The translations under genes were made by a program, and so were the position numbers. 64,000 bases of DNA from NCBI GenBank assembly GCA_964016885.1, contig OZ024742.1:35402001-35466000 (forward strand). The letters are read 5' to 3'. Below, piece after piece: positions 23,301 to 36,316 of this stretch. Positions within the stretch are counted from its first letter, which is position 1. The number at the start of each line of letters is the position of its first letter. The notes under the pieces are model-generated. The model did no database searches and was not told the origin of the DNA. It saw nothing but the letters and a program-made list of their open reading frames with translations. The DNA comes from Eledone cirrhosa. Taxonomy: Eukaryota.

Positions 23301-23950
23301 AAACTAAACATATGGTCGTTATTGAACAATGTTATTTTCTCATATTATATATCTATGTCCCATTCATGAATATTGATATTTATATTTTTATTATTCATTT
23401 CATATAAATTGTTAACTCAAATTAATATGACATGACGTAAAGTTGTCACTATCTCCCCCTTTCTCTATATAGTATTTTCTCTCTCTTGAGGTTTTCTATC
23501 TGTATGATGACTTATTATCTCTCTGTTGCTTTCCTTTGTTTTTCTTATTTCTTCCTTTTTTCTTTCTTTTTTATTTCCTCCTATCTATTTATCTCTTTCT
23601 TTTCTACATACATTTCTCTCTCTCTCCGATATTTCTCCAGGTTTTCTTTTTCTCTCTCTCCTTCTTTCTCTCTCCTTCTCTCTCTCCGTCTTTTTTCTGT
23701 CTTTCTCTCCGTCTTTCTAATTGTGCTTAACACTATAACTAATAAAATAATATAAACATTTCACTATCCAGACAACTTCCAAAAATAATGGTTGCATTTA
23801 ATAGGGTACGTCAAAACTATTTATAAAACTGTTTATATATTGTATTTTGTCTGATGAAGGCATACCATATTTTAATTTGGTATCCCTGAAATATGTATAA
23901 TGAAATAAATATGGTTTTATAAATATAGTTTCCATTTATTAATATCGTAT
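20376..23950 (+). mobile_element. Penelope-like element, Naiad-like, 5'-truncated and frameshifted
   Basis: KSDKT, MKDHK, LDIANYY, YRDD, FLDV, SNHP RT motifs; CN-x-RNKSNCPL linker; GIY-YIG (YNC...YVGST...RFNNH, CDLC..E, LN.RS...CRH); frameshift at about 21970; hammerhead near the 3' end; flanked by (TA)n. Confidence 0.9.
23843..23907 (+). ncRNA. Hammerhead ribozyme in the PLE 3' end
   Basis: tattttgt CTGATGA agg c atacca...tggtat c cct GAAA TATGTA TA atgaaata. Confidence 0.85.
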
Positions 23951-23963
23951 ACATATATATATG

Positions 23964-24083
<120 letters not shown>

Positions 24084-25100
24084 GCATGCATATATATGTA
24101 TTTATAGTCGATGATTAGTAAGCTATTGAAAATATGCCAATAACAAATATTTACGGTAAAAGGATTTGAGATTTAACAAAGATTGTGTCTGAGAGAGTAT
24201 CTAGCCATTAATTAGAGATTGGGATAAAGCCATACAACAATGGGAGTTGGGTGGTAAACAAAAACTATTTGATAGATGCTGCTATTGTAAAACATCTCCA
24301 ACAACAATAATTAAAACATACAACAGAAGATTGTCGTAGATAAAACCACCATCTTGTTTTCATCCAGCCTAATTGTCTGATATTCATAATGTTTTTATTA
24401 TCTGAAACTTCGAGAAGGGTGATGGTTTGGCAAAATCGTTAGAGAGTTTGACAAAATACTTTGCAGCATTTGTTCCGATTCTTCGCATTCTCTGTTCAAA
24501 TATTTTTGAGTCTACCTTATAATTTATTTTTAAAATGAAAAAGAAAGAATCGTCATACTGTTTTCATGACTTACCATCCCAACGGCTTGTTAACATGTGA
24601 TAGTCTGGCGTCCCGTCCAGGGGGAAGACATGTACTCTCAGTCACATGAAACCTATTAAAGCTTGATGAACCTCTGAGCTTGGAATAGTTGTAGTTATTA
24701 TGTCAGACAACCTAACATTTCAAAACGCCATGTACTTTCAACTGCAGTAGTTCTATTCTCGTATTGCGTGGTACCTTGTGTCTTTGAGTGACACACATCA
24801 TTTCGTATTCTGAATTCACTCGGCTGGCAAGAAGGAATATCAGTGGTGATTGTAATTAATATAGTATCCTGCAATTAACATAGTATACTGTCCAGAGAGA
24901 GTATTGTGTACTCAATCACTCAATTCCGCATGAAACTGGGATACGCTTTGGTCAACTGGACCACCAGACTCGAAAATGACCTTCACTTACTTTTTTATTA
25001 TATTTTGGAGTTCCGACCTGCTCGTCCAACACGAAGTAGCATAGAAAAAGGGGACGTATGAACGATGAAATAAAATGGAAAAACAAGAATTGTTGCTTAC

Positions 25101-25210
25101 CTGAAATACTCAAAAGCAAATACGGATAGGACACAACCAAGAATTGACAAAGCTCCACCAATATAGGAAATGTAAGACAATGCAATCCGGTGTCTGTCAT
25201 CGATTTTGGC
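25101..25210 (-). CDS. Adhesion GPCR exon J (TM1)
   Basis: ttatttccag|GCC...TTCAG|gtaagc; 110 nt, phase 0->2; AKIDDRHRIALSYISYIGGALSILGCVLSVFAFEYF(R), a typical class B2 TM1. Confidence 0.93.
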
Positions 25211-25503
25211 CTGGAAATAAATAACCAAAAATAGGGACAACATCAAAAAGACAAACTTTTATCCTTTTAGTCTTTTATTGTGTTCAGTCATTGAACTAAG
25301 GACATTTTAGTCGAACATTTATACCCCAGTATTTATATGTTTAAAATCTGGTCCTTATTTTACCTCTTTTTCTCAAACCATCAAGATTCGTGACATACGC
25401 AGTAACATAATTACATAGCACGAAAACACACACGTTTGTATATATATAATATAAATAACTGATTAAAGTTTAAGCAAAGAATCGCTGATTTCACCCTTAA
25501 CGG

Positions 25504-25580
<77 letters not shown>

Positions 25581-25694
25581 AGAAAGTGTGTGTGTGCGTG
25601 TGTGTGTGTGGTAGTTTCCTGCATTTTGAAGCAAATTGTCTGTGCGATCTGTTAGTGAATTCGAAGCAAATTCTCTTTGCTTCGAAATCACTAG

Positions 25695-25787
25695 ACGTAT
25701 CTGAGGAACTTGCGAATCCAGAGTCAGGTTCGATCCACAAACAGATCGCACCTCGAGCTGTTCGCGGTAGAAACAATTGCAATACGT
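25695..25787 (+). ncRNA. Hammerhead ribozyme with long stem II (cleavage-site mutant)
   Basis: acgtat CTGAGGA acttgcgaat...gttcgcggta GAAA CAATTG CA atacgt; perfect 6-bp stem I; GCA in place of GUA; directly before (TA)n. Confidence 0.75.
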
Positions 25788-25790
25788 ATT

Positions 25791-25872
<82 letters not shown>

Positions 25873-25891
25873 TTGGCGCTCTGAAATACCG

Positions 25892-26154
25892 ATATATATA
25901 TGAATGTATATATAGTGTATTTTGCAATACACTGTATGCTTAATTAAAAGCATTTCGAAGACATACTATTTTTTATAGTGACAGTCTCACTTAGTTTACA
26001 TTTTCAGCAAACAGGGGAGATAAAGCTGACAGAGCTCTGTTTGTAGTGAAAATTTAAAGTGAGTGAGACTGTCACTACTCTAAAAAATAGCATAAGGTCT
26101 TCGAAATGCTTTTAATTAAGCATACAGTGTATTGCAAAATACACTATATATACA

Positions 26155-26165
<11 letters not shown>
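25892..26165. repeat. Tail-out foldback element in (TA)n
   Basis: About 100+ bp imperfect inverted arms, each with GAAA TGCTT..AAGCA TA; rearranged relative at 36312-36705. Confidence 0.75.
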
Positions 26166-26216
<51 letters not shown>

Positions 26217-26353
26217 CATATATGTATACAGACGTACAGTAGTATGTATATATATACGTCTGTATACATATATGTATGTACGTATACATACTTATATTTA
26301 AGTAACAGCCGTACTAAGAGTGAGAAATGAAATTTCGTTTCATTCTTTCCATT

Positions 26354-26430
<77 letters not shown>

Positions 26431-26509
26431 GAGTAGAACCCCGACGGCTGAGCTCAAGCCGTTATATATATATATATATATCTACCCACCGAAATGCGAT
26501 TCTCGTTGA

Positions 26510-26575
<66 letters not shown>

Positions 26576-26669
26576 TAAAAGAACAGATTAAAGTTTAAGC
26601 AAAGAATCGCTGCTTATTTCTATATATAGTAGAAATAGAATCTTTCGCCGATTTCGCAGATTTTTCAAG

Positions 26670-27070
26670 AGGTGGTGTTGAACGGGGTGTCATGAAGACA
26701 GGACATTATGTTAAACGAAGGGTGTGTGGTGGGGTGGGGGTGGGGGGATATCAGGTGGTATCGTTAAATGGGAATTGTGAAGCCAGTAGGTTCGTGAAAC
26801 GGGACGCTGTGTAATCAGGAAGTGTCATTAAACGGGATTGTGTGAAATGAAGATGTAATATGAAACAGAACATTGTGAAACTGGGACAGTATTAAACGGA
26901 CGTTGTGAAGCCACGATGTACTTTAAATGGGAGTCGTATTGACAGAGGTGGTATTAAACAGGGTGTTGTGAAACCAGGAGGTCGCATTAAACGGGGGAAT
27001 GTGAAGCCATGAGGTGGCGTTAAATGGGTTGGCCTGAAACCAGTAGTGGTTTTAAACAAGGCAGCATGAT
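26670..27070. repeat. Degenerate minisatellite (roughly 30-35 bp unit)
   Basis: Recurrent TTAAA(C/T)GGG...TGTGAA(A/G)CCA(G/T)G blocks. Confidence 0.6.
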
Positions 27071-27111
27071 GTACCTAGCAGACTATAGAATAGGTAGATG
27101 GTTTAACTTAC

Positions 27112-27235
27112 ACCGATTCCATGGACGTCCATCAGAAGGGCGAAATTGGTCATGTGGTAGCAATGGCATTTTGTATAATCTGCCATCTTCTCTGCCAAGT
27201 AACAACCTTTGTGTTGCCAACGGTCAAAGCGGTTG
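27112..27235 (-). CDS. Adhesion GPCR exon I (GPS cleavage site and Stachel)
   Basis: ttttggcag|C...GGT|gtaagt; 124 nt, phase 2->0; NRFDRWQHKGCYLAEKMADYTKCHCYHMTNFALLMDVHGIG = W-x3-GC...C-x-C-x-H-x|T-x-F-A-x-L-M GPS consensus. Confidence 0.95.
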
Positions 27236-27303
27236 CTGCCAAAACAAAAATACACCTTGCGTTAGAATGACTGACTCATACATAAAATATACAGACACAC
27301 ACT

Positions 27304-27335
<32 letters not shown>

Positions 27336-27342
27336 CGCATGC

Positions 27343-27412
<70 letters not shown>

Positions 27413-28736
27413 AAATAAATTACGTATATAATTGAAAATATGTGGTAAAGATAAAACATGATTGGCTACATTCAAGTTAGAGAACTCGCTGTAAAAAAAT
27501 GTAGAACTGAAAAAAATATTTAATGAAGTTGTCTCTTACAATAAACCATTTGTTTTCATTCTCGAGTGAAACATTGCTTATTGTTCCAGTTCTCTTTACC
27601 TTTCGTCCTTTTAGGGTTGATAAATAAAGTGCCAATCCATTACTTATGGTAATTCTTCTTCATTCTTCAAAAAGGTAACTTAAACGAATTGAAAGGACCA
27701 GGATTCGGAAACTGAACAGACCAGAGGGTCGGAACTAATACCGCAAGCAATAAGTTCAAATCTGCCTTTCATCCTTTCGGGTTCGATAAATAAATCACTC
27801 TCTAGGGTAGCGGATTGATGGAATCGTTTGAGTATCAGTCTTACGGTATTTGTTCTAGCTCTTTGGGCTCTAAGTTTATATTACGCTGTGGTGAACTTCA
27901 TCTGTGTTCTGGTTTAATACTATTACACTGCCATTGCAGAATCTATTCAATTTTAAGCATTCTGATCTGGTCTCCAGTTGTAAAGTTTCTTTTTCCCTTC
28001 AGCTATGGAGGCCCTGAAAAAATAAGGGTTATGGTTGCTGCCCTTCCTCCTGACTACGCGATAAAAAAAACTATGAAATTTTTGGTGGCGAGAGTGTAGT
28101 CGATTATATAAACCATAGTCAGTACTTTGTCGGTTGTTCACTTATTGAGCCGGTAAGGATGAAATGCAAAGTTGAGGCCTGTGATATTTGACTTTAAATG
28201 CAATAGGACGTAACTAAGTCCTGTAACGAAATAAAGTGTTTAAATAGAAAGATGAAGCTAAATGAAAGCACGATGCATTGAAGCGGTAAAGTGGTGGAAT
28301 AAAATGAAAGTGCACATACTACAAATAAATATAATAATTGTTTCCGTGTATTGTGAATTAGTCAGTTTTAAATTCATTTAACTGTGATCAATTAATAGAA
28401 ATCGTTGAAATTCTTTTACCAGTTAACTCTTGTGGTGTTGGTCATCTTGAGTTCAGTTAACTGCGGTCAATGAATATTTGTAAGCATTAAAGCATTAAAT
28501 CGTTTGTCAGTCAGTCTTTCACCAGTGAGCCATTAATCAATCGGTCAACTCAGGATTCGGTTAGCTGTTATTCCGGTGAAGACTGGTAAACAACTGTGTG
28601 GTGAAGCTAGGTTAATTGTGATCGGTGAACCCAGCAAGTTAGGATCAGTCAAGAAAGTTGGATCAACTGTTCTTTCGATGAATTTATTAGGCGGAGTGTA
28701 AAATTAAATGTCTCAGTATCTGTACTGGCTCTAAAT

Positions 28737-29093
28737 CAAAGATTCTTAAAGTGGGCGCTACTGCCCCCCCCCCCCCCCCCCCGGGGCGTTGAGAAGGTTC
28801 AGGTGGCGCTGGGGCAAATGGGGGCGTTGGGGAGCAGTAGAGATGATATATATCAAATTATATATATTAGATATAAATATAGTAAAATAAAAAAATATAT
28901 AATATTTATCTATCTATACACAGTATATATTATATTATCTATTATCTATAAAGTAACGATTTTATTTATCATATATTATTCACAATTTGCGTGTAGGCGT
29001 AGGCAGGTCTCTCTGGAAATAGAGTTGGGGGGCGCTGAGGGTATTACGTGGCCGTGAGGGGGGGGGGGGGCTCAACAAGTTTAAGAACCTCTG
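28737..29093. mobile_element. hAT-type MITE
   Basis: TIR CAAAGATTCTTAAA / TTTAAGAACCTCTG; 8-bp TSD ctctaaat / ctttaaat. Confidence 0.75.
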
Positions 29094-29519
29094 CTTTAAA
29101 TGGTCGACTTTACCTTTCGTACTTTCGGAATCGATAAATAAGCAGGCTATGGGATCGATGAATTGGCCGAATTGTGACAAGCGTCCGCTGGATGCTTTAC
29201 GATATCTGTTTCAGCACTGTGCGTTCTGAATTCAAAACCCGGCTCATGTTGCGATCGTCAGATAGTAGCAGCAATGGAAAGACCAATAGAAATATAGCTT
29301 CCTTGGTTCCATCTGAGTATTGGCTTCTCCTTTTCTTTTATTTTATTGGCAAACTGTTATCAGTCAGTCAGTTACCAATTTAGTTACCAGTGACCAGTTG
29401 ATGTATGTTTGATGAAATATGTTATCTGTGATATTGTAAGAGTTGGAGTCAGTGGTGGATGGGTGGATGGACAGATGGATGGTCAACTACATTGACCAGC
29501 TGCTAATGCGTTACTCACC

Positions 29520-29660
29520 ACCATAGGCGCTGAGCTGGCCAGACGCAGGTGTGAGCTTCGCAAGCTGGAATGACTTTTCTCCCTTGCCGTCCTCCGGGGA
29601 AACGCCTTCTCCATTCTGTCTGCCGGGGCTGAGGGGAGGCCACCAATATGATTGACTGAC
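29520..29660 (+). mobile_element. 3' tip of an RLE (CRE-like) retrotransposon
   Basis: Translates FSLAVLRGNAFSILSA, resembling the terminal S-x-A-x-Q-R-G-N-A motif. Confidence 0.45.
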
Positions 29661-29870
29661 TTGTCATTTTATCAGTCAGATGTTTCTAGACATCACCCAG
29701 TTAATTAGGATTCATTCTGTGCTGTAGATATAATCATACTGTGTATAGATGAGTTTACAAAAATGTTAGATGAAGAAATGGAGAGCCGAGATCACTGTCG
29801 ACATTTACAATTACAGCAATGGTATTGACTATCAGAAGATATGTAAATTGTTGTGGTGAGGTTAGTTAAA

Positions 29871-29901
29871 TAGCAGTAGCAGTAGTAGGGTGTTAGTATT
29901 T

Positions 29902-29947
<46 letters not shown>

Positions 29948-29969
29948 TAGTAGTAGTAATAGTAGTAAC

Positions 29970-30033
<64 letters not shown>

Positions 30034-30091
30034 GTAGCAGCAGCAGCAGCAGCATTGGTAGTAGTAGTAGTAGTAGTAGCAGCACCAACAT

Positions 30092-30139
<48 letters not shown>

Positions 30140-30180
30140 CAGCAGCACCAGCATTAGTAGTAGTAGTAGTAGTAGTAATA
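29871..30180. repeat. (TAG/CAG)n trinucleotide repeat
   Basis: Direct inspection. Confidence 0.95.
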
Positions 30181-30432
30181 GTGCGGGCCACATACACTTG
30201 CAGTAGATTTTACAGTAGCAGTAGAGTTGATGAAGCGGTTTGAGCCCCAGAAAGCAGTTGCAGTAGAGGCATTAGTAAAGTCAGCAACAGACAATAGCAG
30301 TAGTAGTAGAAGCAGTGTCAGCCCCAGAAATTGTATAGGCCATAGCGGCAGCAGTAATAGTTTTAATGGTGCCGTGTCAGCCACAGGCAGTTGCAGTAGA
30401 GGCTGTAGTTGAAGTTCATTGCTTCCACTTAC

Positions 30433-30491
30433 GTAGTGTTCATATTCATGAAGACACAGGATTCATTGAAATTGTCGCGCAGTTGTGTGTC
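30433..30491 (-). CDS. Adhesion GPCR exon H (start of GPS)
   Basis: aaactgtag|GAC...CTAC|gtaagt; 59 nt, phase 0->2; DTQLRDNFNESCVFMNMNT(T); first GPS cysteine (CVF). Confidence 0.85.
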
Positions 30492-30721
30492 CTACAGTTT
30501 AGAATAGAGCAGAACATTAACAACATTATCAACATTAAGAATAATGGCATTTAAGACAGTGACAACTGCAGAAATAAATAACATAAACTCCCTCAACTCT
30601 AATAACGAATAAACTGACCAAAGTTAGGACAGTTGAGATTTCGTCTTCACCAGAAAATGTGAAGAAAAATAAAACCATTGAGATTATGTTAAATATGTTG
30701 CGAGAAAAAAGGAAATACCTA

Positions 30722-30765
30722 ACGTTTCTGACGAAACCTTTTTGTTGTCCGAAACGTCACAAACT
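30722..30765 (+). ncRNA. Degenerate minimal hammerhead (GAAACGUC type)
   Basis: gttt CTGACGA...GAAACGTC acaaac; stem II poorly paired. Confidence 0.5.
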
Positions 30766-31133
30766 TATTTCTCGACTACTTTCTTCTACTGGAGAATATA
30801 TGCTCTACCTTAGCGCTATAACACATCCACTGCTTACTGGCCTATTGTCTCTTGGTTGATAACACCGCATTTGGTTGCAAATACATTTCATTCTAGTCAC
30901 AATCGTTGTTCATTCACTTATTCATTGATTTAGCCCCCCCCCCCCCCCCCCCCCCCCCCCCACACACACACAACGTTGCTTCCACGAAACTTTCTATGTT
31001 TTTTCTTCCCCTCTGATTCTTTATTGCATTAATTGCCTTGTATACCTGGGTTTTTTTTTGGGGGGGGGGGTGTCATCGATGCAGATACCAGCTCAATTTT
31101 AAACTGAGTTGAACTATCAGTATTATTACTTCT

Positions 31134-31320
31134 TGGATTGGCAGTATCGGTAGAGGGTCTGACGCCATGCTTTGAAACATAGAGTTACGGCCCTTTATGG
31201 TCTGAGTTCAAATCCCGCCGAGGTGAACTTTGCCTTTTATCCTTACGAGGTCGATAAAATAAAGCACCAGTAATGTACTGGGATAATTGCTGGCCTTGTG
31301 CCAAAAGTAGAACCAATTAT
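31134..31320 (+). mobile_element. SINE family 1
   Basis: Full copy homologous to 2038-2217. Confidence 0.85.
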
Positions 31321-31599
31321 TATTACTTTGCTCTTCCCAAAACAGTCTTTTTACTATTTTACCAAACATAACAGACTTCATGACCTATTACACACTATTG
31401 TATGCAATACCGTGTAGTTTCTTCCTCCGTAAAACTAACTACATTTCATAACATATACATATATATATAATTGTGAGCCAACGAGAGAAGCTTTACGTTG
31501 TCGCTCAACATGCTAGAAACAGCAACTAAATATCTCGCCGATTGGTTAATGTAGTCTTAGATAATGTAGTCTTAGATAAAATATGTCTGAAATAATGTG

Positions 31600-31920
31600 T
31601 GACCGGACATTTCGTTACCGGATGTTTCGTCACCGGACGTTTCGTCATTAGATCATTTTGTGACCAAACGTTTCATTTCTTGGTGTTTCGTTGATAGATT
31701 TTTCGTTGATGAATCTTTTATTCATATACTTTTTGTCACAGGTCATTTCGTTGTTGGTTACGTACATAAATATAACAACGTTCATATAAATAAGTCTCCT
31801 TGTTTTTTTTGTAACAATTGTATTATATTTTAACGGGGAAAAAAGCACCATAGGGAATAATAAACCGATTCGACGAAAGGTCCGGAAGTGAACAGTTCAG
31901 CGACGAAAAGTCTGGATATT
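31600..31920. mobile_element. DNA-transposon remnant with 15-bp subterminal tandem repeats
   Basis: (CCGGACRTTTCGTYA)n at left, inverted CGACGAAARGTC(C/T)GG units at right. Confidence 0.5.
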
Positions 31921-32165
31921 AAAACAGAGATGTGGTGGGGGCGGTTACAAACTTTCATTATAGATTTTTTCCTGCTGATATGGGTATGGTAGTGGTGGTA
32001 AACAACAACCACAATAGCAACAACAACCACACCAACAAGTTCAACAACAACAAATGTGCAATTGTCTATCAATACACAAATGGAGACACAAAAACAACAA
32101 CAACCACCACCACCACCACCACCGCCAGCACAGTAACAACAACAACAATAATAATAATAATAATA

Positions 32166-32376
32166 ATGGTTTGTTATATTGGCACAAGGCCAGCAATTTT
32201 TGGGGGAGGGGAAAGTCGATTAAATCGACCTCCAGTGCGTGACTGGTACTTTATTTTATCGACTCCGTAAGGATGAAAGACAAAGTTAACCTCGGCGGGA
32301 TTTGAACTCAGAATGGAAAGGGCCGTAACTCTATGCGCCAAAGCATGGCGTCCGACTCTCTACCGATACTGCCAAT
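32166..32376 (-). mobile_element. SINE family 1
   Basis: Reverse-complement full copy. Confidence 0.85.
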
Positions 32377-32424
32377 AATAACAATAATGGGAATAACAAT
32401 TTACAATCAAAGATGTCCTCTTAC

Positions 32425-32548
32425 CTTCAGTTTAAAGACAAGAATGATCGGAGATGAAAGGCCTCTAAACTTACTCCTGGCCACACCAACGACACTGCTT
32501 GTGAGGACGTCAGAGTTGATAAGCCGGGTATTGTTCAACAAACTCACT
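32425..32548 (-). CDS. Adhesion GPCR exon G (GAIN B)
   Basis: cttacacag|A...GAAG|gtaaga; 124 nt, phase 2->0; VSLLNNTRLINSDVLTSSVVGVARSKFRGLSSPIILVFKLK; INSxVxxxS and PIxLxF GAIN motifs. Confidence 0.9.
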
Positions 32549-32769
32549 CTGTGTAAGAATTAGATAGAGAAATAAGAATAAGATTTTAAGGCAGTGATTC
32601 CCCCAACATTTTTACTTCTCGCGGACAATTTCTACCTACATTGGAAAATTCATTAAAAGCAGGTATTTATACATGTTAGCATAGCATAAAATAGAAATAT
32701 ATATAACTAAAAATACAGAAAAATATTGGTTCTTCTTCTTTAATCAATAAAGGGGGCAAAGTTATCAAT

Positions 32770-33170
32770 GAGAAACATGCGGTTGGTGTTTTGGCGATAT
32801 TTTAATTCCCAGTTTGAATCTTGGGTAATGACCGAAAGAATAAGATCGCGAACACAAGTGACCGAAATGGGATTCATCCGAAGTCTTTGGAGTAACGTTA
32901 CTCGATAGAGTGTGTAGCTCGAAGATCAGAGAGTCGCTCCAGGTAGAGCCGCTACTTCTCCAAATTGAGAAATTACAGTTCCGAAACTACTGACATGTAG
33001 TTAAAATGTCTAAGGAATGAATCCCTGGACAGATTTTACGGCCAAAATCAACCGGCAGGAGGCCCAGGGGTAGACCCGAGCAAAATGGTTGGATAATATC
33101 GATGAGCTCAGCTGGTCTCACTTGGGGATCCAGCCGGATCAATTGAAGGTGGTTGTTTTTGACAGAACCC
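32770..33170 (+). mobile_element. Decayed LINE (RTE-like) 3' fragment
   Basis: Remnant GRRPRGRP..KWLDNI translation at about 33050-33100. Confidence 0.55.
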
Positions 33171-33763
33171 CCCGGAAGACGTGAGGACCATGTCCCCAAC
33201 GGCCCTCCCAGGAATAAATTATATACGAACTTTATTACGAATTTCTATTTGTATTTTTCACATTTTGTAACGCACATAATTACATCTGGTGGCCCACATG
33301 TCATGTGGTTAATGTCAATGTGTAATTCTAGAGCATTCTATGTTCACATATTTTAGTCAGTTTTTTAAAACCATTGTCCAAGCGATTGAGGGAGCTTTCT
33401 ACGTGGTCACTCCTTGAGCTACAAAAATAACAGCCAAGTCTCCCTCAAATCATATTTTACTATCTTGAAAAGAAAGCACATTAGATAGCGTGGCCCAAGG
33501 TTCCCGGCACATCGGGGAAAATGGGATGTTCATGGCTGGAGTCTTTTTTATATAGTGGTCTGCTCGATAAATCTGATCTATGGCTAGATGACAACAACAA
33601 TACCTAACCACAAATTATAGCCAACACCCCGCCCCACACCACTAACACCACCACCACCACCACGACCATCATCATCATTATTATCATCATCACCGTCATC
33701 ATATTCGTCGTAGTCATCATCACCAAAAATGACAATTAACAAAACTAAAGATCTCCCCCCCCC

Positions 33764-33833
<70 letters not shown>

Positions 33834-33969
33834 TAATGTGAGTAACTTGTGGTTACTAACGGTGACTCTGGTCGAAACACTCGATGCTGTTACAGGGGTC
33901 CGTCTCTCGTTGGGTTGCGCCCCAGATTTAAGGCAGCTGTAGTTTGCAATATATATATATATAGTCACA

Positions 33970-34140
33970 ATAGGAAGTCAGATTGGCAGCTTGTTATGAA
34001 ACTTTATTGCATATTACAATTGTTTCGATATCGATCAGCTCAGGTTTGATCAGGCGATCACCTGAGCAAACCTGAGCTGATCGATATCGAAACAATTGTA
34101 ATATGCAATAAAGTTTCATAACAAGCTGCAAATCTGACTT

Positions 34141-34145
<5 letters not shown>
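33970..34145. repeat. Tail-out foldback element with hammerhead 3' halves
   Basis: 79-bp arms (33970-34048 / 34067-34145), each GAAA CAATTG TA facing outward; TA tracts on both sides. Confidence 0.85.
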
Positions 34146-34173
<28 letters not shown>

Positions 34174-34287
34174 GCCTGCCCGCCCAGCGAGTGGGATGGC
34201 GTTATCTTATGGCTAAAACAGCACGACGTGCTGTGACCAGCGGCGCCGAATGGACGCCCGACAGACTGGTCGATCAAGGTGATCAAG

Positions 34288-34425
<138 letters not shown>

Positions 34426-34521
34426 GAGAGATAGAGAGATAGACATAGATAACTAGATAGATAGATAACGAGAGAAAGAAAGAAAGAAAAAAAAAAAGAG
34501 GGTAGTAAATGGTTTCGTTAC

Positions 34522-34591
34522 CTTTCTTGTTTAAAAGATAATATTTCACCGATTGATGTAAAACGTGCGTTGAACAACCCCACAGGTCGAC
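34522..34591 (-). CDS. Adhesion GPCR exon F (GAIN B)
   Basis: tcctctctag|GT...GAAAG|gtaacg; 70 nt, phase 1->2; (G)RPVGLFNARFTSIGEILSFKQE(R); supplies exactly the phase change required between exons E and G. Confidence 0.8.
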
Positions 34592-36073
34592 CTAGAGAGG
34601 ACAAGGACAAAGTGAAAGAAAGAGAGACAGAGAGTGAGGGTTATATTTATTTATCAATAAAAAGCTTTAGATTAGGACTAGTGATGTATATGTTAGTAAC
34701 AGAATCTTCAGTATAGAATCAAACTATGAAGGTTTTACTAAAGATCTGTAAAATATAAAACTAAACATTTTACTGAAGATCGTACTGACTTAGTACTGGC
34801 TACTCACAGATAGATTTCTTGTCGAACCCATAGCAATGAAAACATCTGGCATCCTGGGTCTCCGAAACAACTTCCTACTTACTGCAAGCAGGGTGAAGAT
34901 TGCCATCCGCAAGAGCGAACTTCAAGAAGTGGACTCTTTCTCCTTGAGCCCATAGCGATGAAAACATCTGGCGATCTATGTCACCGAAACACCTTCCTTC
35001 CTTTTCACTTTGATCGGAATGGACATGGATATCTCCTAAAAGCGATCCTCATGACTGTCTGTTGATCGAATCCATAGCAGTGGAAACATCTAACATCCTT
35101 GATCTCAGAATCACCTCTCTACTAACTTCGATTTAAATCGTGATTCTTCTACAACCTCTTCCCCTGCGAATAAAACTGGCTGTTGCAGTTCATCTATCCC
35201 AACATCCTCCAGGGTAACAGATTCATCGTTCTGTCCACCGGCACCATAAAACAATCATGACATTACATCTCTATTTTAAAACTATAGACTATGTTGTCAA
35301 TGCACAAATTCTTCGTAACGTTTCTTCTATATTAGTCGCTACTAAAACATTTTTGCTGCGGAAGCCTTATACGATTTTCAAAAGAATCGCGAAACCCATA
35401 CTTATATAATACAGGCAATCACCACCATCCTAATTTATATATAAATTTAGCTGCAATTAGCCATTAGTTACATGAAGATAGTATCAGTAATAGGAAGACA
35501 TTAACGATCGACTTTTTCTTTGAACGAAATTTCTTTTTATTAAAAGACATCTAATGTTGCAGAACGCAAAAATATTTTTAGCGGAATCCGTTTTGAGAAC
35601 CATTGCTATGTGTACAGAAATCTTTGTCGACCCATCAGACAGGCTTGAGAAGACAATAATGAGATCAAATCGATCGAAACATATATCCGTAGTTATCTCT
35701 TGCGGGACTGACGGATAACCCTCATGGTATGTTCCATTACATTTACTCCACCCAGACTTTTAAACTGAGAAGAATGACTACCAAGAGAGAAGAATGGATA
35801 CCAAGTAGCGAGTATGTACTGTGTTTTTAACAAAGTACTAGGAATATGTAACTTAGCTCATAGACCTCAAGTACTAACTTTCAGAACATTAGGTGTTCTC
35901 GGGTCCCAGGTTAAGAACCGTTGGTTTAGAGAGACAGAGTTTACCTGGAATAAAGGGCTAATGAAGTATAAAAAAAATGTGAAGTTTGCGGAAATGTGTG
36001 TTTAGTAGGATAGGTTTTTTTAAAGAATAAAACGAATTAATACGAGATCAAGAAATAAACGTGAACAACTAAC

Positions 36074-36190
36074 CTGAACTCTCACGTCTGCAAATGTCAT
36101 AGACTTCCTCTGGGAGAATAATAGAGCTGGATTCTGATGTTTTCAGCTTTTCACCAGTATATACATCCTCCACAGTTGAGATACTGAAAT
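36074..36190 (-). CDS. Adhesion GPCR exon E (GAIN B)
   Basis: ttcatttag|AT...TCAG|gttagt; 117 nt, phase 1->1; (D)FSISTVEDVYTGEKLKTSESSSIILPEEVYDICRRESS; SIxLP GAIN motif. Confidence 0.87.
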
Positions 36191-36259
36191 CTAAATGAAA
36201 AGAAATTATATAATTAAATATAATATACACATACATACACGCTTTTATATATATATATA

Positions 36260-36316
<57 letters not shown>

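Noticed and set aside
24575-24652. Possible phase-2 exon after TM1
   Set aside because: Has AG/GT boundaries but encodes no hydrophobic TM2 and looks repeat-derived.
29792-30412. Poly-Leu/Thr/Val ORFs
   Set aside because: Trinucleotide-repeat artefacts within an intron.
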